Source: an uncultured bacterium
Lineage (GTDB): Bacteria > Zixibacteria > MSB-5A5 > GN15 > FEB-12
DNA length: 64,000 bases
Assembly (NCBI GenBank): GCA_965372795.1
Contig: CBDVDR010000001.1
Coordinates: 160,001 to 224,000 of the forward strand
Direction: 5' to 3'
Part shown: in pieces, positions 47,445-58,038 of the stretch
Layout: each line of letters opens with the position of its first letter
Position numbering within the stretch: the stretch's first letter is position 1
The notes under the pieces: model-generated
Told to the model about the DNA's origin: nothing
Database searches by the model: none
Seen by the model: only the letters and a program-made list of their open reading frames with translations
Position numbers and translations under genes: made by a program

Positions 47445-49298
47445 TTGACTTTAATTGTAGATGTTCTTTTTTATTACAATAAGATTACGCATTGGGATTA
47501 TATGAAATTTTATGTAGACATGATTACAGATTGCTTTTTCAGTTATACTCAAGTAGTGGTTATTGTGTGTTTTATTAGCACAATAGGCTTAACCGGATGC
47601 TTGCAAAATCCACATTTTTTAAAAAAACCTCTTACCGCTGAAGAAAAGAAGCTTAAACAAAAAGACTTCACTACTGAATTTGGGGATGTTGTTTATCTTA
47701 AAAGTTGGGGTGAGAAATATACACAAGACGTCTATAAAAATGAAAATGGCGTGCGATGTCAAGAAGCTGCTTTTTTTAGGATTCGCTATGAAATGTTAAA
47801 AATGCTTGCAGAAAATCACGGGGCTGGTTCTCCTGTCTGGAAACTTTACCACGAGCTTAGAGCTAGCAATATTATAATTGATTCTGCAAAAGTAGAAAAT
47901 ATTTACGAAAATGCTTTTAGTAATGTGAAAACAAAATTTGGAAAAGGTAATTTTCTTGATGATGAACTTTTTGAAATCGCAGAAAAGATAAGATACAGCC
48001 GGGATCTCTATAACAATCCATGGGACTCCAATATGGGCAAGAATGATATGTTTAGCAGGCTTTTAAACTTGGGAGTTCCGGAAGTAAATACGCTTAATGA
48101 CAGCTTAACAGTATTTGAATTTCCAAACGGACAAATTTATCTTTGTAAATTGGATGAAGCCACAAGAAATTATTTAATAATCCCCAGTCCTGTTAATGAC
48201 ATCATTCAGGATATAGATATGATTAAATATACTATTGAAGATCATTCTTTGGCTACAGTTATTCCACCACAAATTCCGGATAATATTAAAGAAGCCAATG
48301 AACAGTTAAAAAAATGGGAAGGTAAAGTTATAATTGAAGATAAAGAACCTTTGCCCGTCCAGACGTTACATGTTATGCATCCTCATGGAACTCCTGATTC
48401 TTCTGATATTTGGAATAAAGTTGGGCTAAATTCTATTTTATATTTTAGATTAGACCAAATCAATCCTCAAAAAAAAGACTCGCTTCATTTAACTATGGAG
48501 ACTCTTATCAATCCGTTAGGGTTTGAAGATACTTTGATTTATAAAAAAGTAGATACTTTTTATAACGTAAAAGCTCTTGACCCTACCCAGCCTCTCAAAA
48601 TAATATTATCGGGCGGTGATTTCCACACAATAAAATCTGGAAATTCCCTTGAAGATATTGGATTTTCAAAATATAAAATAAGCACCAAGATGATTTCCTA
48701 TGAGGGAGAAATTATAAATTCTACCTTTTTCACTCTGCCAAATTCTGATATTCAAACTCCTGTCTTTGAAATGTATCGGGTAAATGCAACAGACTATGTT
48801 TTAGGTAGAGAATTAAACGAAGGTGATATAATTATTTTACGTATCCCAGTAAGCTCTGCTTTTTCAATTCCTAATAATAAGGGAGTTGAGATTTACTCAA
48901 GTTTTATTTCTCTTTACTGGGAGCCTGAAAAATTACCAAAAAAAAAGAAAGAGGAAATTTCAGTTGGGGATATAGAAGTTCTTAGTTGGGAGACAGGTAA
49001 GATTTCACAAAACAGTTTAACAGAAAACCTGGAAGACATTTTAGCCAATAAAGACTCGGTTGACATTATAACTCCTGTCCTTCTTCATAATTACACAGTA
49101 TCTCCTAAAAGTTTACAACAAAATATCATTTATAGCACTCTCAGATCATATTTTGAAGATGTTTCTGTCATTGTTCCTAATAATATTAAATTCAGAGGGG
49201 CTGGTATTTTGAGGGCAAAAGTTATCAGTTATGATTATGAACAAAAAAAAGAAGTCATTATTAATGAAGCAAAGATAAGAGTTTTTATCAATTATTGA
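47445..49298 (+). CDS. Hypothetical lipoprotein
   Basis: 617-aa ORF; hydrophobic stretch ending in lipobox LTGC; AT-rich. Real start probably at 47502 or later. Confidence 0.6.
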   Translation: MTLIVDVLFYYNKITHWDYMKFYVDMITDCFFSYTQVVVIVCFISTIGLTGCLQNPHFLKKPLTAEEKKLKQKDFTTEFGDVVYLKSWGEKYTQDVYKNENGVRCQEAAFFRIRYEMLKMLAENHGAGSPVWKLYHELRASNIIIDSAKVENIYENAFSNVKTKFGKGNFLDDELFEIAEKIRYSRDLYNNPWDSNMGKNDMFSRLLNLGVPEVNTLNDSLTVFEFPNGQIYLCKLDEATRNYLIIPSPVNDIIQDIDMIKYTIEDHSLATVIPPQIPDNIKEANEQLKKWEGKVIIEDKEPLPVQTLHVMHPHGTPDSSDIWNKVGLNSILYFRLDQINPQKKDSLHLTMETLINPLGFEDTLIYKKVDTFYNVKALDPTQPLKIILSGGDFHTIKSGNSLEDIGFSKYKISTKMISYEGEIINSTFFTLPNSDIQTPVFEMYRVNATDYVLGRELNEGDIIILRIPVSSAFSIPNNKGVEIYSSFISLYWEPEKLPKKKKEEISVGDIEVLSWETGKISQNSLTENLEDILANKDSVDIITPVLLHNYTVSPKSLQQNIIYSTLRSYFEDVSVIVPNNIKFRGAGILRAKVISYDYEQKKEVIINEAKIRVFINY

Positions 49299-49439
49299 GA
49301 AAGTAATTTAGTTCAATTTTAAATATTCTTCATTTATTGAAAACAGTTCATGAAATTGTTTGTTACGAGAAGCAGAAGTAATTTGGTAAACTTATTATTG
49401 TAGGAATATTTATAATATTCTTTCTCACACAGAACATAT

Positions 49440-49503
49440 CACCCCAAACAAGTTTGAAGGTGCCACCCTTAAAAAGAGATTGCTTCGCTTTGCTCGAGAT
49501 GAC
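49440..49503. repeat. Two adjacent REP-like palindromes
   Basis: caccccaaac-aa-gtttgaaggtg-ccaccc and gagattgcttcgctttgctcgagatgac. Confidence 0.45.
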
Positions 49504-49610
49504 TTTTATCTTTATGGATTTGATTCCCCCTAGATCAGTTCTCTTTCCTCTTCGAGACCTGACCAGTACAAATAATTCTATTTGTTACAGGAATGATATG
49601 ATTGATAAAT

Positions 49611-49647
49611 AAAAATGCCGCTGGCAGGGTAGTTAAGCCAGCGGCAC
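49611..49647 (-). terminator. Terminator of the dcw/ftsZ transcript
   Basis: Minus strand gtgccgctggc-loop-gccagcggcattttt. Confidence 0.75.
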
Positions 49648-49769
49648 TCTGGAGGAACCGATTTTATAGGAATCAGTTCAAAAACCTTTTACATAAAAAA
49701 TGTTTATCTTTTTAAATCCTCCCAATTATTAATAAATCTGTTTATGTTCACTTAATTATTCTTTCTAAA

Positions 49770-51056
49770 CTAATTATCTTCTAATCGACGAATGTACGCC
49801 GGGATAGTACGATCTTCACCGGAGAACATCGGGATTCTGTTTCGATTCACATTTTCCGAAACAGTATTTGTACCAATGTTGTTACTTTTACCAATCAATC
49901 TATTATGCGTTTCTTCACTTTGAATATTATTTGTCATAGGAGCGAAAACATCGGTCGGTTCAGATATTGGAACTTCAGCTTTAAACGCCATTACTGTTTG
50001 TTCGGTTGTGAGAGATTCCGGGTTTGTAGGATTGGTTTGTTGTTGTTCTGTCACAGACTTATTCGCAACGATGGTTTCTTCATGCGAATTAAATCCGGTA
50101 GCAATCACAGTAACCTGCATTTTTCCGGTCATTGTCGGATCAATTACAGCACCGAATATTATATTAGCATCTTCGCCGGCTGTTTCATAAATTTCTGAAG
50201 TTGCAGTGTTAACATCAAATAAAGTCATATCTTCACCACCGGTTACATTGATAAGCACCCCTTTAGCGCCACTTATAGAGACATCCTGGAGCAGCGGTGA
50301 CTTGATCGCTTTGCTGGCTGCATCGATAGCCCGTTCTTCACCTTCGCCATAGCCGGAGCCCATAATAGCATCACCCCGCTCAAGCATCACAGTACGAACA
50401 TCAGCAAAATCACAGTTGATAAGTCCGGGGATAGTAATCAAATCAGAAATACCTTTGGTAGCCTGATATAAAATTTCATCGGCAGTTGCAAAAGCATCGG
50501 TTAATTTTGTTTTCTTATCAACGATTTCCAATAATCTTTCATTCGGAATTGTAATCATTGTATCAGTAACATTGTAAAGTTCTTCTAAGCCCTGTATTGC
50601 TCTTTTAACTCGTTTCATACCTTCAAAACGAAACGGTTTTGTTATGATAGCAACTGTCAAGGCTCCGGATGCTTTAGCAATTTCAGCTATAATAGGAGCC
50701 GCACCTGTTCCGGTTCCACCACCCATACCGGCGGTAATAAAAACCATATTCGGTTTACCAATAGCTTCGATAACTTCCTGTCGACTCTCTTCAACAGCTT
50801 TCCGGCCAATATCCGGATTTGCACCCGCACCAAGACCTTCGGTTAGGGATCTTCCAATCTGAACCTTAGTCGGAGCTTTTGATTGATCCAATACCTGCGC
50901 ATCAGTATTGATCGCAATAAAATCTACCCCTTTCAATCCTGCTTCGATCATTCGGTTAACAGCGTTCCCTCCGCCGCCACCGACACCGATAACTTTTATT
51001 TTCGCATAATTTGTGAAATCGTCTGCGAATTTGAAGTTATGCTTTTCGTTTAACAT
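49770..51056 (-). CDS. ftsZ: Cell division protein FtsZ
   Basis: [30 protein letters not shown]-terminal IPAYIRR. Confidence 0.98.
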   Translation of the reverse strand: MLNEKHNFKFADDFTNYAKIKVIGVGGGGGNAVNRMIEAGLKGVDFIAINTDAQVLDQSKAPTKVQIGRSLTEGLGAGANPDIGRKAVEESRQEVIEAIGKPNMVFITAGMGGGTGTGAAPIIAEIAKASGALTVAIITKPFRFEGMKRVKRAIQGLEELYNVTDTMITIPNERLLEIVDKKTKLTDAFATADEILYQATKGISDLITIPGLINCDFADVRTVMLERGDAIMGSGYGEGEERAIDAASKAIKSPLLQDVSISGAKGVLINVTGGEDMTLFDVNTATSEIYETAGEDANIIFGAVIDPTMTGKMQVTVIATGFNSHEETIVANKSVTEQQQTNPTNPESLTTEQTVMAFKAEVPISEPTDVFAPMTNNIQSEETHNRLIGKSNNIGTNTVSENVNRNRIPMFSGEDRTIPAYIRRLEDN

Positions 51057-51084
51057 GTTGGTTCCTCCTTGACCTTCTCACATA

Positions 51085-52308
51085 TCAAAATTGTTTTGTT
51101 ATCCAATTTTCAAATTTTTTCAACCACCCTTTTACATTACTACTGCGGTTACCTCTTACCGGTTCATTCTGAAACCCATAGACAAGTAATCCATGCCCGG
51201 TGGCATATTGATTACTCACTAATTCATCCGGTATATGATCTATGCCGCTAAGTTTTCCCATTCGGACCGGGAGATCAAAAAGTTGTTCGGCTAATTCTAC
51301 CGTACCGGGAAGCATTGTACCTCCTCCGGTTAAAACCATTCCTCCGGTTAACAAGTCTCCTATATTAGCCCGTTTAATTTCTCGAAATACAAGCGATAAA
51401 ATTTCTTCCATACGCGGTTCTATTATTGATGCTAGCACGTGTCGGGAAACTTCTTTATTTTTGATCCCATCTGCTGATGGAACAAGAATCATCTCTTCCG
51501 GATTTACCAATGAAGCCAGTACCGAACCATGAGCCTCTTTAAGTTCCTGAGCACTTCTCAGCGGAGTTCTTAAACCGATGGCAATATCATTAGTTACATT
51601 CTTACTGCCAAGGGAGACAACCGCCGTGTGGCGAACAGCACCGTCATGGAAAACGGCAAGATTCGTTATATCACCACCGATATCGACCAGTACCACGCCA
51701 ACTTCCATATCATGTTCACTTAATAAAACATTTGATAAAGCAAGTGCTTCAAGTACGATATTATCAACATCAAGATGACAGCGTTCCAACGCCCGATATA
51801 TATTTTTTGCAGTTGTAACAGAGGCTGTCACAATATGCGCTTCGACTTCAAGTCTGACACCGTTCATTCCAACGGGATCTTTAATTCCGCTCTGGTCATC
51901 AACCGAAAATTGTTGGGGAATAACATGGATGATCTCTCGATCAACCGGGATTGCCACTGTCCGGGCAGCTTCTATCGCTCGTCTTACATCAGCGGATGTT
52001 ATCTCGTTGTCAGAACGGCTGACAGCAACAACTCCATGGCTATTTATTGACCGAATATGCTCACCGGCAATACTAACGGTAACACTATCAATTTCGGTTC
52101 CAGAAACCATTTGAGCATCATCAACCGCCCGGCGAATAGATTTCACCGTCTTCTCCATATCCACTACAACCCCGCGACGGAGTCCCTCGGATGGAGCGAT
52201 TCCATGCCCGATAATATAGATTCCTCCTTCGGAATCCATTTCGCCAACCAAAACGGTTATCTTGGTTGTTCCAATATCAAGTGTTGCTATAATGTTTTCT
52301 GCTGCCAT
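51085..52308 (-). CDS. ftsA: Cell division protein FtsA
   Basis: LDIGTTK, GLRRGVVVD, DIGG, IIEPRMEEI, LTGGG. Confidence 0.96.
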   Translation of the reverse strand: MAAENIIATLDIGTTKITVLVGEMDSEGGIYIIGHGIAPSEGLRRGVVVDMEKTVKSIRRAVDDAQMVSGTEIDSVTVSIAGEHIRSINSHGVVAVSRSDNEITSADVRRAIEAARTVAIPVDREIIHVIPQQFSVDDQSGIKDPVGMNGVRLEVEAHIVTASVTTAKNIYRALERCHLDVDNIVLEALALSNVLLSEHDMEVGVVLVDIGGDITNLAVFHDGAVRHTAVVSLGSKNVTNDIAIGLRTPLRSAQELKEAHGSVLASLVNPEEMILVPSADGIKNKEVSRHVLASIIEPRMEEILSLVFREIKRANIGDLLTGGMVLTGGGTMLPGTVELAEQLFDLPVRMGKLSGIDHIPDELVSNQYATGHGLLVYGFQNEPVRGNRSSNVKGWLKKFENWITKQF

Positions 52309-53021
52309 TATTTCTCCCGGCATATAACCATATCATCACAACAAAAGTTTATTTGATTTATTTCGTCTAACACAAGATCATATTTCCCTATAAAATCTAC
52401 AAAGCGATCTAAATCGTAATTAAATTTTTCCAGCCTGATTTTCAGATAATAAGGCAATCCGGCTGGGTAGACTTTCAAATATTTTTCATTACTCACATCA
52501 ATCTCTTCAAGAATTCGATACAGGTCGTTATGCTTTTCTCGGAGTAAATTTATTTTACCGGCAAGTATGGCAATTTTTGTATCATTTATCCGGTGATATA
52601 ATTTACCGGCAGCGACACCGGTAATTATCGGCAACTCCCAGTCATTGAATTGATTTTTCAAGGAAATCAATCGTGCATCTTTGTCCAAGCCATAAATCTT
52701 GCCTGAATTTTTATCCACCATGTAACAAACAGCATCAAAATCATTAGAAATGATCTCGATATTATTTGGCAGATCAACTTTCAAATCAACCTTATAAATT
52801 CCATTTTTATCAAGCATTGTATTGGCTGTTTGTTCAAGGGATAGATTGATAACATTCGTGCTGTCGAAATCCTCATGCCAATTTTGAATCTCTTCACTAT
52901 TTAAATAAATTGATTGTAACTGAAAGGCATCGGTAAAATTAACAACTACCAATAATGTTACAGCGGTAACAATGCAGCCCAGAAAACTAATTTTCATTTT
53001 TTTACTTAAAGGGTTAATCAC
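52308..53021 (-). CDS. ftsQ: FtsQ/DivIB-like protein (divergent)
   Basis: N-terminal TM, LPNNIEI, LPIITG; position between murC and ftsA. Confidence 0.65.
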   Translation of the reverse strand: MINPLSKKMKISFLGCIVTAVTLLVVVNFTDAFQLQSIYLNSEEIQNWHEDFDSTNVINLSLEQTANTMLDKNGIYKVDLKVDLPNNIEIISNDFDAVCYMVDKNSGKIYGLDKDARLISLKNQFNDWELPIITGVAAGKLYHRINDTKIAILAGKINLLREKHNDLYRILEEIDVSNEKYLKVYPAGLPYYLKIRLEKFNYDLDRFVDFIGKYDLVLDEINQINFCCDDMVICREK

Positions 53022-54388
53022 TTTTTTAACCCTTCTAATATCTCATTTTTAATATGAGTAATAGATCCGGCACCCATAATAATTATCATATCCCCCGGTT
53101 TGGCGATTGATAATACTTTTTGAGGAGCATTTACTTTTTTACCGATAAACTCAAAATTATTATATCCCTTTTGGTGAGCCTTATTCAATATCAATTCTGA
53201 GGTTACACCTTCAATCGGTTTTTCCCGCGCCGGATAGATATCAGTAAGAATACAAATATCAGCGATTGAAAGAGCCTCTGCAAACTCGTTGATATGTTCC
53301 TTTGTACGGCTATACAGATGAGGTTGGAAAATAACTATCGTTCTTCGATCAAATTCAGTCTTTGCCATTTCAAGGGTTGCTTTGACTTCCGTTGGATGAT
53401 GCGCATAATCGTCAAATAAAAGTATATCGTTAATTTCTCCAATTTTTTCAAAACGTCGACTGATACCTTTAAAATTATAAAGTGCCTTAACGATTGTTGC
53501 AAAGGGAACTTCCAACTCATAACAGCAGGCTACGGCAGCTAAAGCATTGCTGACATTGAACCGTCCGGGCATATGTAAAATAATTTCGCCAAGAAGGTCT
53601 TCACGATAAAAGACTGAAAAAGTAGATTTACCATTAGAAGAATTTATATTTACGGCTCTGTAATCTGCATCTTCTGAGAATCCGAAGGTTACATGCGGCC
53701 GGCTAAGTTGCGGTCGTAATTTGGCAGTTCTCTCATCATCGGCAGAAATAACAATTGAACCATAGAATGGAACCCGATTCATAAATGACACAAATGATTG
53801 TTCCAGATCATTGACATCTTCATAACAATCAAGATGATCTACATCAATATTGGTAACAACCGCAAGCGATGGATACATAGCCAGAAATGATCGGTCATAT
53901 TCATCTGCTTCAGCGACAAGATAACGTCCTTTACCCAAAGCCGCACCCGTTCCGAGTTCGGCAACTATGCCACCAACGATAATGGTTGGTTGAAATAAAG
54001 CGTCCTGCAATATTCTTCCTATCATCGAAGTTGTGGTTGTTTTGCCATGGGTACCGGCAACACCAATAGAAAAGCGAAGTCGCATCAGCTCACCAAGCAT
54101 CTCCGCCCGTTTAATAACCGGAATGCCAAGTTCAAGGGCTCGGATAATTTCCGGGTTATCTTCACTAATCGCTGAAGAAATTACGACAACATCTACATTA
54201 TCAATGTTGTCAGATTCCTGCTGAGTGAAAATAGTTATGCCTAGACCTGACAGATAATCGGTAACCTCACTTTTGGTGGAATCGGATCCTTTGATCTGAT
54301 AACCAAGATTGTGTAACACCTCGGCTATGCCAGACATCCCCGCACCGCCAATACCGATAAAGTATAATTTTTTTATTTTTCCAAACAT
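53018..54388 (-). CDS. murC: UDP-N-acetylmuramate--L-alanine ligase
   Basis: FIGIGGAGMSG, GTHGKTTTT, EADEYD, DDYAHHPTE, FQPHLYSRT. Start at ATG 54388 or TTG 54445. Confidence 0.96.
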   Translation of the reverse strand: MFGKIKKLYFIGIGGAGMSGIAEVLHNLGYQIKGSDSTKSEVTDYLSGLGITIFTQQESDNIDNVDVVVISSAISEDNPEIIRALELGIPVIKRAEMLGELMRLRFSIGVAGTHGKTTTTSMIGRILQDALFQPTIIVGGIVAELGTGAALGKGRYLVAEADEYDRSFLAMYPSLAVVTNIDVDHLDCYEDVNDLEQSFVSFMNRVPFYGSIVISADDERTAKLRPQLSRPHVTFGFSEDADYRAVNINSSNGKSTFSVFYREDLLGEIILHMPGRFNVSNALAAVACCYELEVPFATIVKALYNFKGISRRFEKIGEINDILLFDDYAHHPTEVKATLEMAKTEFDRRTIVIFQPHLYSRTKEHINEFAEALSIADICILTDIYPAREKPIEGVTSELILNKAHQKGYNNFEFIGKKVNAPQKVLSIAKPGDMIIIMGAGSITHIKNEILEGLKK

Positions 54389-54441
54389 AATTTCTTCACA
54401 AGTAAATTCTTCAACTTTTATCTCAGCCTCATAACTAGTTG

Positions 54442-55572
54442 TCAATTTTGTCTCCGCTTTGCTGATTTAATTAATTCAATTATATCTTCTGCAATAATAT
54501 CCACAGCCGCCTTATTTGAATGTGACATATTTTTGATTGCATCTTTCATTTTCATATATTCATCCGATTCCATAATCGAAATTGCTCCACCGATAAGATC
54601 AGTGTTTTTCAAAGTCGTTTCATCAATCATCTGGGCAATATTTTTTTCCACAAAGTTAAGGGCATTTTTTTTCTGGTGATCTCCGGCTGCATACGGGTAC
54701 GGAACCAGTGTTGAAGGTAATCCGCATTCAACGATTTCCGCCAGTGTCAAGGCGCCGGCACGAGCAATAACAAAATCTGCAGCAGCATAAATCTCCTGCA
54801 TATTAGTAGCAAAGGGAAAAAGAGAGCAAAAAGCCTTGTTGCCCGCTTTTGCGTTCACTTCCGTGTAATCTCTTTTTCCCGTTTGCCATAAAATCTGATA
54901 ATTATCGTTCCTTTCTAAATTATCAAGGCTCTTTAAAACTGCCCTATTTATTGCCATTGCCCCCTGGCTTCCGCCAAGGACTAAAATTGTTTTTTTTGAA
55001 GGAGACAGGTTGTATTTCTTTAAAGCTTCTTCTCTGTTTCCTTCGTTAATATTTTTCCGTACCGGATTACCGGTTACTATAATTTTTGCATTAGTATTCA
55101 AATATTCTTTAGCTTTTTCAAAACCGAGATAAATCCGGCTTGCCTTAGCCGAAAGTTTTCTGGTTGTCAAACCCGGGAATGAATTTTGTTCCTGTAACAC
55201 CGTTGTTATTTTCTTATATGACGCCATTGCTAATACCGGCCAGCAAACATATCCCCCGGTGCCAATAACAACATCAGGCTTCACACTTTTTAATATCTGC
55301 GAGACTTTGATCAAGGAACCGATTATCAAAAAGGGTACCATTAAATTTGTCAATGATAACGAACGAGCGATTCCCCGAATGTTTATTGTTAACAGAGGAT
55401 ACCCAAGTTTTTCTTTGATCCTATATTCCAGGCCGCGTTTAGTTCCGACAAAGACAATCTCAACCTGATCCTGAAGCAGTTCTTTGACTCGATCAGCAAT
55501 AGCTATGGCAGGAAACAGATGACCACCGGTTCCTCCTCCCGCAATAATTATTCTGGCATTATTTACATTCAT
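54442..55572 (-). CDS. murG: MurG GlcNAc transferase
   Basis: GGGTGGHLFPA, GTGGYV, EQNS, GNPVR, GGSQGA, RAGA. Start at ATG 55572. Confidence 0.96.
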   Translation of the reverse strand: MNVNNARIIIAGGGTGGHLFPAIAIADRVKELLQDQVEIVFVGTKRGLEYRIKEKLGYPLLTINIRGIARSLSLTNLMVPFLIIGSLIKVSQILKSVKPDVVIGTGGYVCWPVLAMASYKKITTVLQEQNSFPGLTTRKLSAKASRIYLGFEKAKEYLNTNAKIIVTGNPVRKNINEGNREEALKKYNLSPSKKTILVLGGSQGAMAINRAVLKSLDNLERNDNYQILWQTGKRDYTEVNAKAGNKAFCSLFPFATNMQEIYAAADFVIARAGALTLAEIVECGLPSTLVPYPYAAGDHQKKNALNFVEKNIAQMIDETTLKNTDLIGGAISIMESDEYMKMKDAIKNMSHSNKAAVDIIAEDIIELIKSAKRRQN

Positions 55573-56672
55573 CTTTTTTTCACCGCTCTTTGTGTCAGGT
55601 TTAACAACACTCCAATAGCAGCACTTGAGATCAACAATGATGAACCGCCATAAGATAAAAACGGCAAGGCCAAACCAGTAACGGGCAGAATAGAGCAAAC
55701 GACGCCAAGATTAATGGCAATATTGAAAAACAATGAGAGAGTCATTCCGGCTCCCAGTAAAAATCCAAATTTATCCGGCTGTGAGGATGCTATTTTTAAA
55801 CCTTTGTATAGCAGATAGAACAACAATCCAAGTATCAAAAGCAGCCCGACGAACCCGACTTCTTCTCCAATGGCAGCAAATATAAAATCGGTATGAGGAT
55901 AAGGCAGGAAAAATAGTTTTTGTCTTCCATCTCCAAGTCCACTGCCAAAGAAACCGCCGGCTCCAAGAGTCAACGCAGCCTGGCTTGCCTGATAACTGCC
56001 CTGAAGAGGATCACCGATTGATGCGACATAATCGAGAATACGTGCTTTTTTGTACCCCATCACAAAGACAACAAAAGATGCCGCAGCTATAAGAGGACCG
56101 ACACATATTAACATATGTTTTATTTTGGCACCGGCTAAAAAGAAAATACTAATCGCTGTGACAGCAATTACAATCGTTGTTCCTAAATCCGGTTCAAGTA
56201 ATATGAGAAGCATCCCGATCCCTAACAATGGCACATACGGGAATAACAATTGTCTCCAGTCGGAAAGATTCCTCTTGGGATTCGACAATGAGAACGATAG
56301 ATACATAATCATAACAAATTTAAACATCTCCGAAGGCTGGGCAGTCAGTGGTCCCAACATTAACCATCGCTGTGAACCGTTTCGGGACGGCATCAAGAAG
56401 ACTAATGACAAAAGTAAAATTAAAACCATAAGTGCCGGCGCCGAGTACACCGCTATCTTTTTCAAATCAACTTTGTAAATAACCCAAATGGCAGCGATAG
56501 AAATTAAAACCCACATAAATTGCTGTTGCAAAAAGAAGAAATGTGATCCATGTCGGCTTTCAGCTATAATTGATGAAGTAGAATAAATCATTACCAATCC
56601 CACCATAATAATCATCAGGTAGGCGATAAAAAGATTATCTCTAATTATTTTATCAACCGGTAATGGTTTCAT
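55569..56672 (-). CDS. ftsW: SEDS peptidoglycan polymerase FtsW
   Basis: NGSQRW, QPSE, EPDLGT, LPYPHTDFIF, GEEVG, PFLSYGGSS. Confidence 0.95.
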   Translation of the reverse strand: MKPLPVDKIIRDNLFIAYLMIIMVGLVMIYSTSSIIAESRHGSHFFFLQQQFMWVLISIAAIWVIYKVDLKKIAVYSAPALMVLILLLSLVFLMPSRNGSQRWLMLGPLTAQPSEMFKFVMIMYLSFSLSNPKRNLSDWRQLLFPYVPLLGIGMLLILLEPDLGTTIVIAVTAISIFFLAGAKIKHMLICVGPLIAAASFVVFVMGYKKARILDYVASIGDPLQGSYQASQAALTLGAGGFFGSGLGDGRQKLFFLPYPHTDFIFAAIGEEVGFVGLLLILGLLFYLLYKGLKIASSQPDKFGFLLGAGMTLSLFFNIAINLGVVCSILPVTGLALPFLSYGGSSLLISSAAIGVLLNLTQRAVKKR

Positions 56673-58038
56673 TCTTATTCCCTCTTAAACCTGACACGGC
56701 TTCTTTAAATACCTGTCCGCGATGTTCAAAATTTTTAAACATATCAAAACTTGCACACCCGGGTGACAACAAAACTGTTTCTCCCGGAGATGCAGCTTCA
56801 AAACAATTTTTCACCGCATCTTCAAGTGTCTCTACAAAACTAACCGGAAAAGCTTTTCCCAATTCCTCAAAAATCTCTTCCCTTGCTTCCCCGATAGCAT
56901 AGATGCTTTTTATTTTATCTTTACCAAACTTAATAATCTCAGCATAACTCGCACCTTTACCTCGGCCTCCCATTATCAAACAGATAGGAGTGTCAACCGA
57001 GCGAATTGCATAACAGACCGAATCAACATTAGTAGCTTTGGAGTCATTTATAAAACTGATTCCGGCAACTTTACCAATCCGTTCGAGTCTGTGTTCAACT
57101 CCGCTAAACGATTTTAAAACTTCGCATACCATTTCAACCGGGATATCTAACAAACCGGAAACAACTGCGGCAGCGGCGGAATTTTGTAGATTATGCGGTC
57201 CGGGAATTTGTATTTCACCGGTTTTTATTATTTCTTCAGTCTTATTTTCAACATTTCGATACAGACTGGAATTACTCACGAAACTTGCTTCATTTGAATT
57301 ATCATTAGTCGTAAAAAACAGTTTGGTCGCATTCGTTTTGACAACCTCAGTTGCAAGAATCTTATCATCACGATTTAAAATCAGAAAATTATTTTCATTT
57401 TGATTTTCAGCAATTCTATATTTGAGAGCTTTGTAGACATCAAATGTGCCATGACGGTCAAGATGATCTGGAGACAGATTTAGGATAAGTGCGATATCCG
57501 GTCTAAAATCTTCGATAGTCTCAAGCTGGAAAGTTGATATTTCTACTACTGCAATATCATTTTTTTCAATTTTATCAACTACTTCACAAAACGGCAATCC
57601 GACATTACCGCAGACAAATACTTTCAAGCCGGCTTGAGAAAGGATATTGCCAATTAGAGTTGTGGTTGTTGTTTTACCATTTGATCCGGTCACCGCAACT
57701 ATTTTACCCTTACAAACCCAATACCCGAACTCTATTTCAGAAAAGATCGGAATACCATTCTCGCGTGCTTTTTGGATTATCTCAATTGACAATGGAATTC
57801 CAGGAGAAATAACAAAATAATCACATTCTAAAAGCTGTTCCGAATGACCACCGGTTTCAAACGGTATACCTGCCTGGCGTAATTGATTTATCTGTTCAGA
57901 CAGTTTTGATTCATCGGCAGAATCAGACACAAAAACCTGACCACCTAATTTAGCGGCAAGTTTCGCGGCTGCTAATCCTGAACGAGCCATTCCAAGAACG
58001 CCGATACGTCTGTTTCTAATCCGTTCTGCTACTGTCAT
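56653..58038 (-). CDS. murD: UDP-MurNAc-L-Ala--D-glutamate ligase
   Basis: GMARSG, SPGI, TGSNGKTTTT, STFQLE, NDSKATN, SPGCASFD. Confidence 0.96.
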   Translation of the reverse strand: MTVAERIRNRRIGVLGMARSGLAAAKLAAKLGGQVFVSDSADESKLSEQINQLRQAGIPFETGGHSEQLLECDYFVISPGIPLSIEIIQKARENGIPIFSEIEFGYWVCKGKIVAVTGSNGKTTTTTLIGNILSQAGLKVFVCGNVGLPFCEVVDKIEKNDIAVVEISTFQLETIEDFRPDIALILNLSPDHLDRHGTFDVYKALKYRIAENQNENNFLILNRDDKILATEVVKTNATKLFFTTNDNSNEASFVSNSSLYRNVENKTEEIIKTGEIQIPGPHNLQNSAAAAVVSGLLDIPVEMVCEVLKSFSGVEHRLERIGKVAGISFINDSKATNVDSVCYAIRSVDTPICLIMGGRGKGASYAEIIKFGKDKIKSIYAIGEAREEIFEELGKAFPVSFVETLEDAVKNCFEAASPGETVLLSPGCASFDMFKNFEHRGQVFKEAVSGLRGNKNETITG

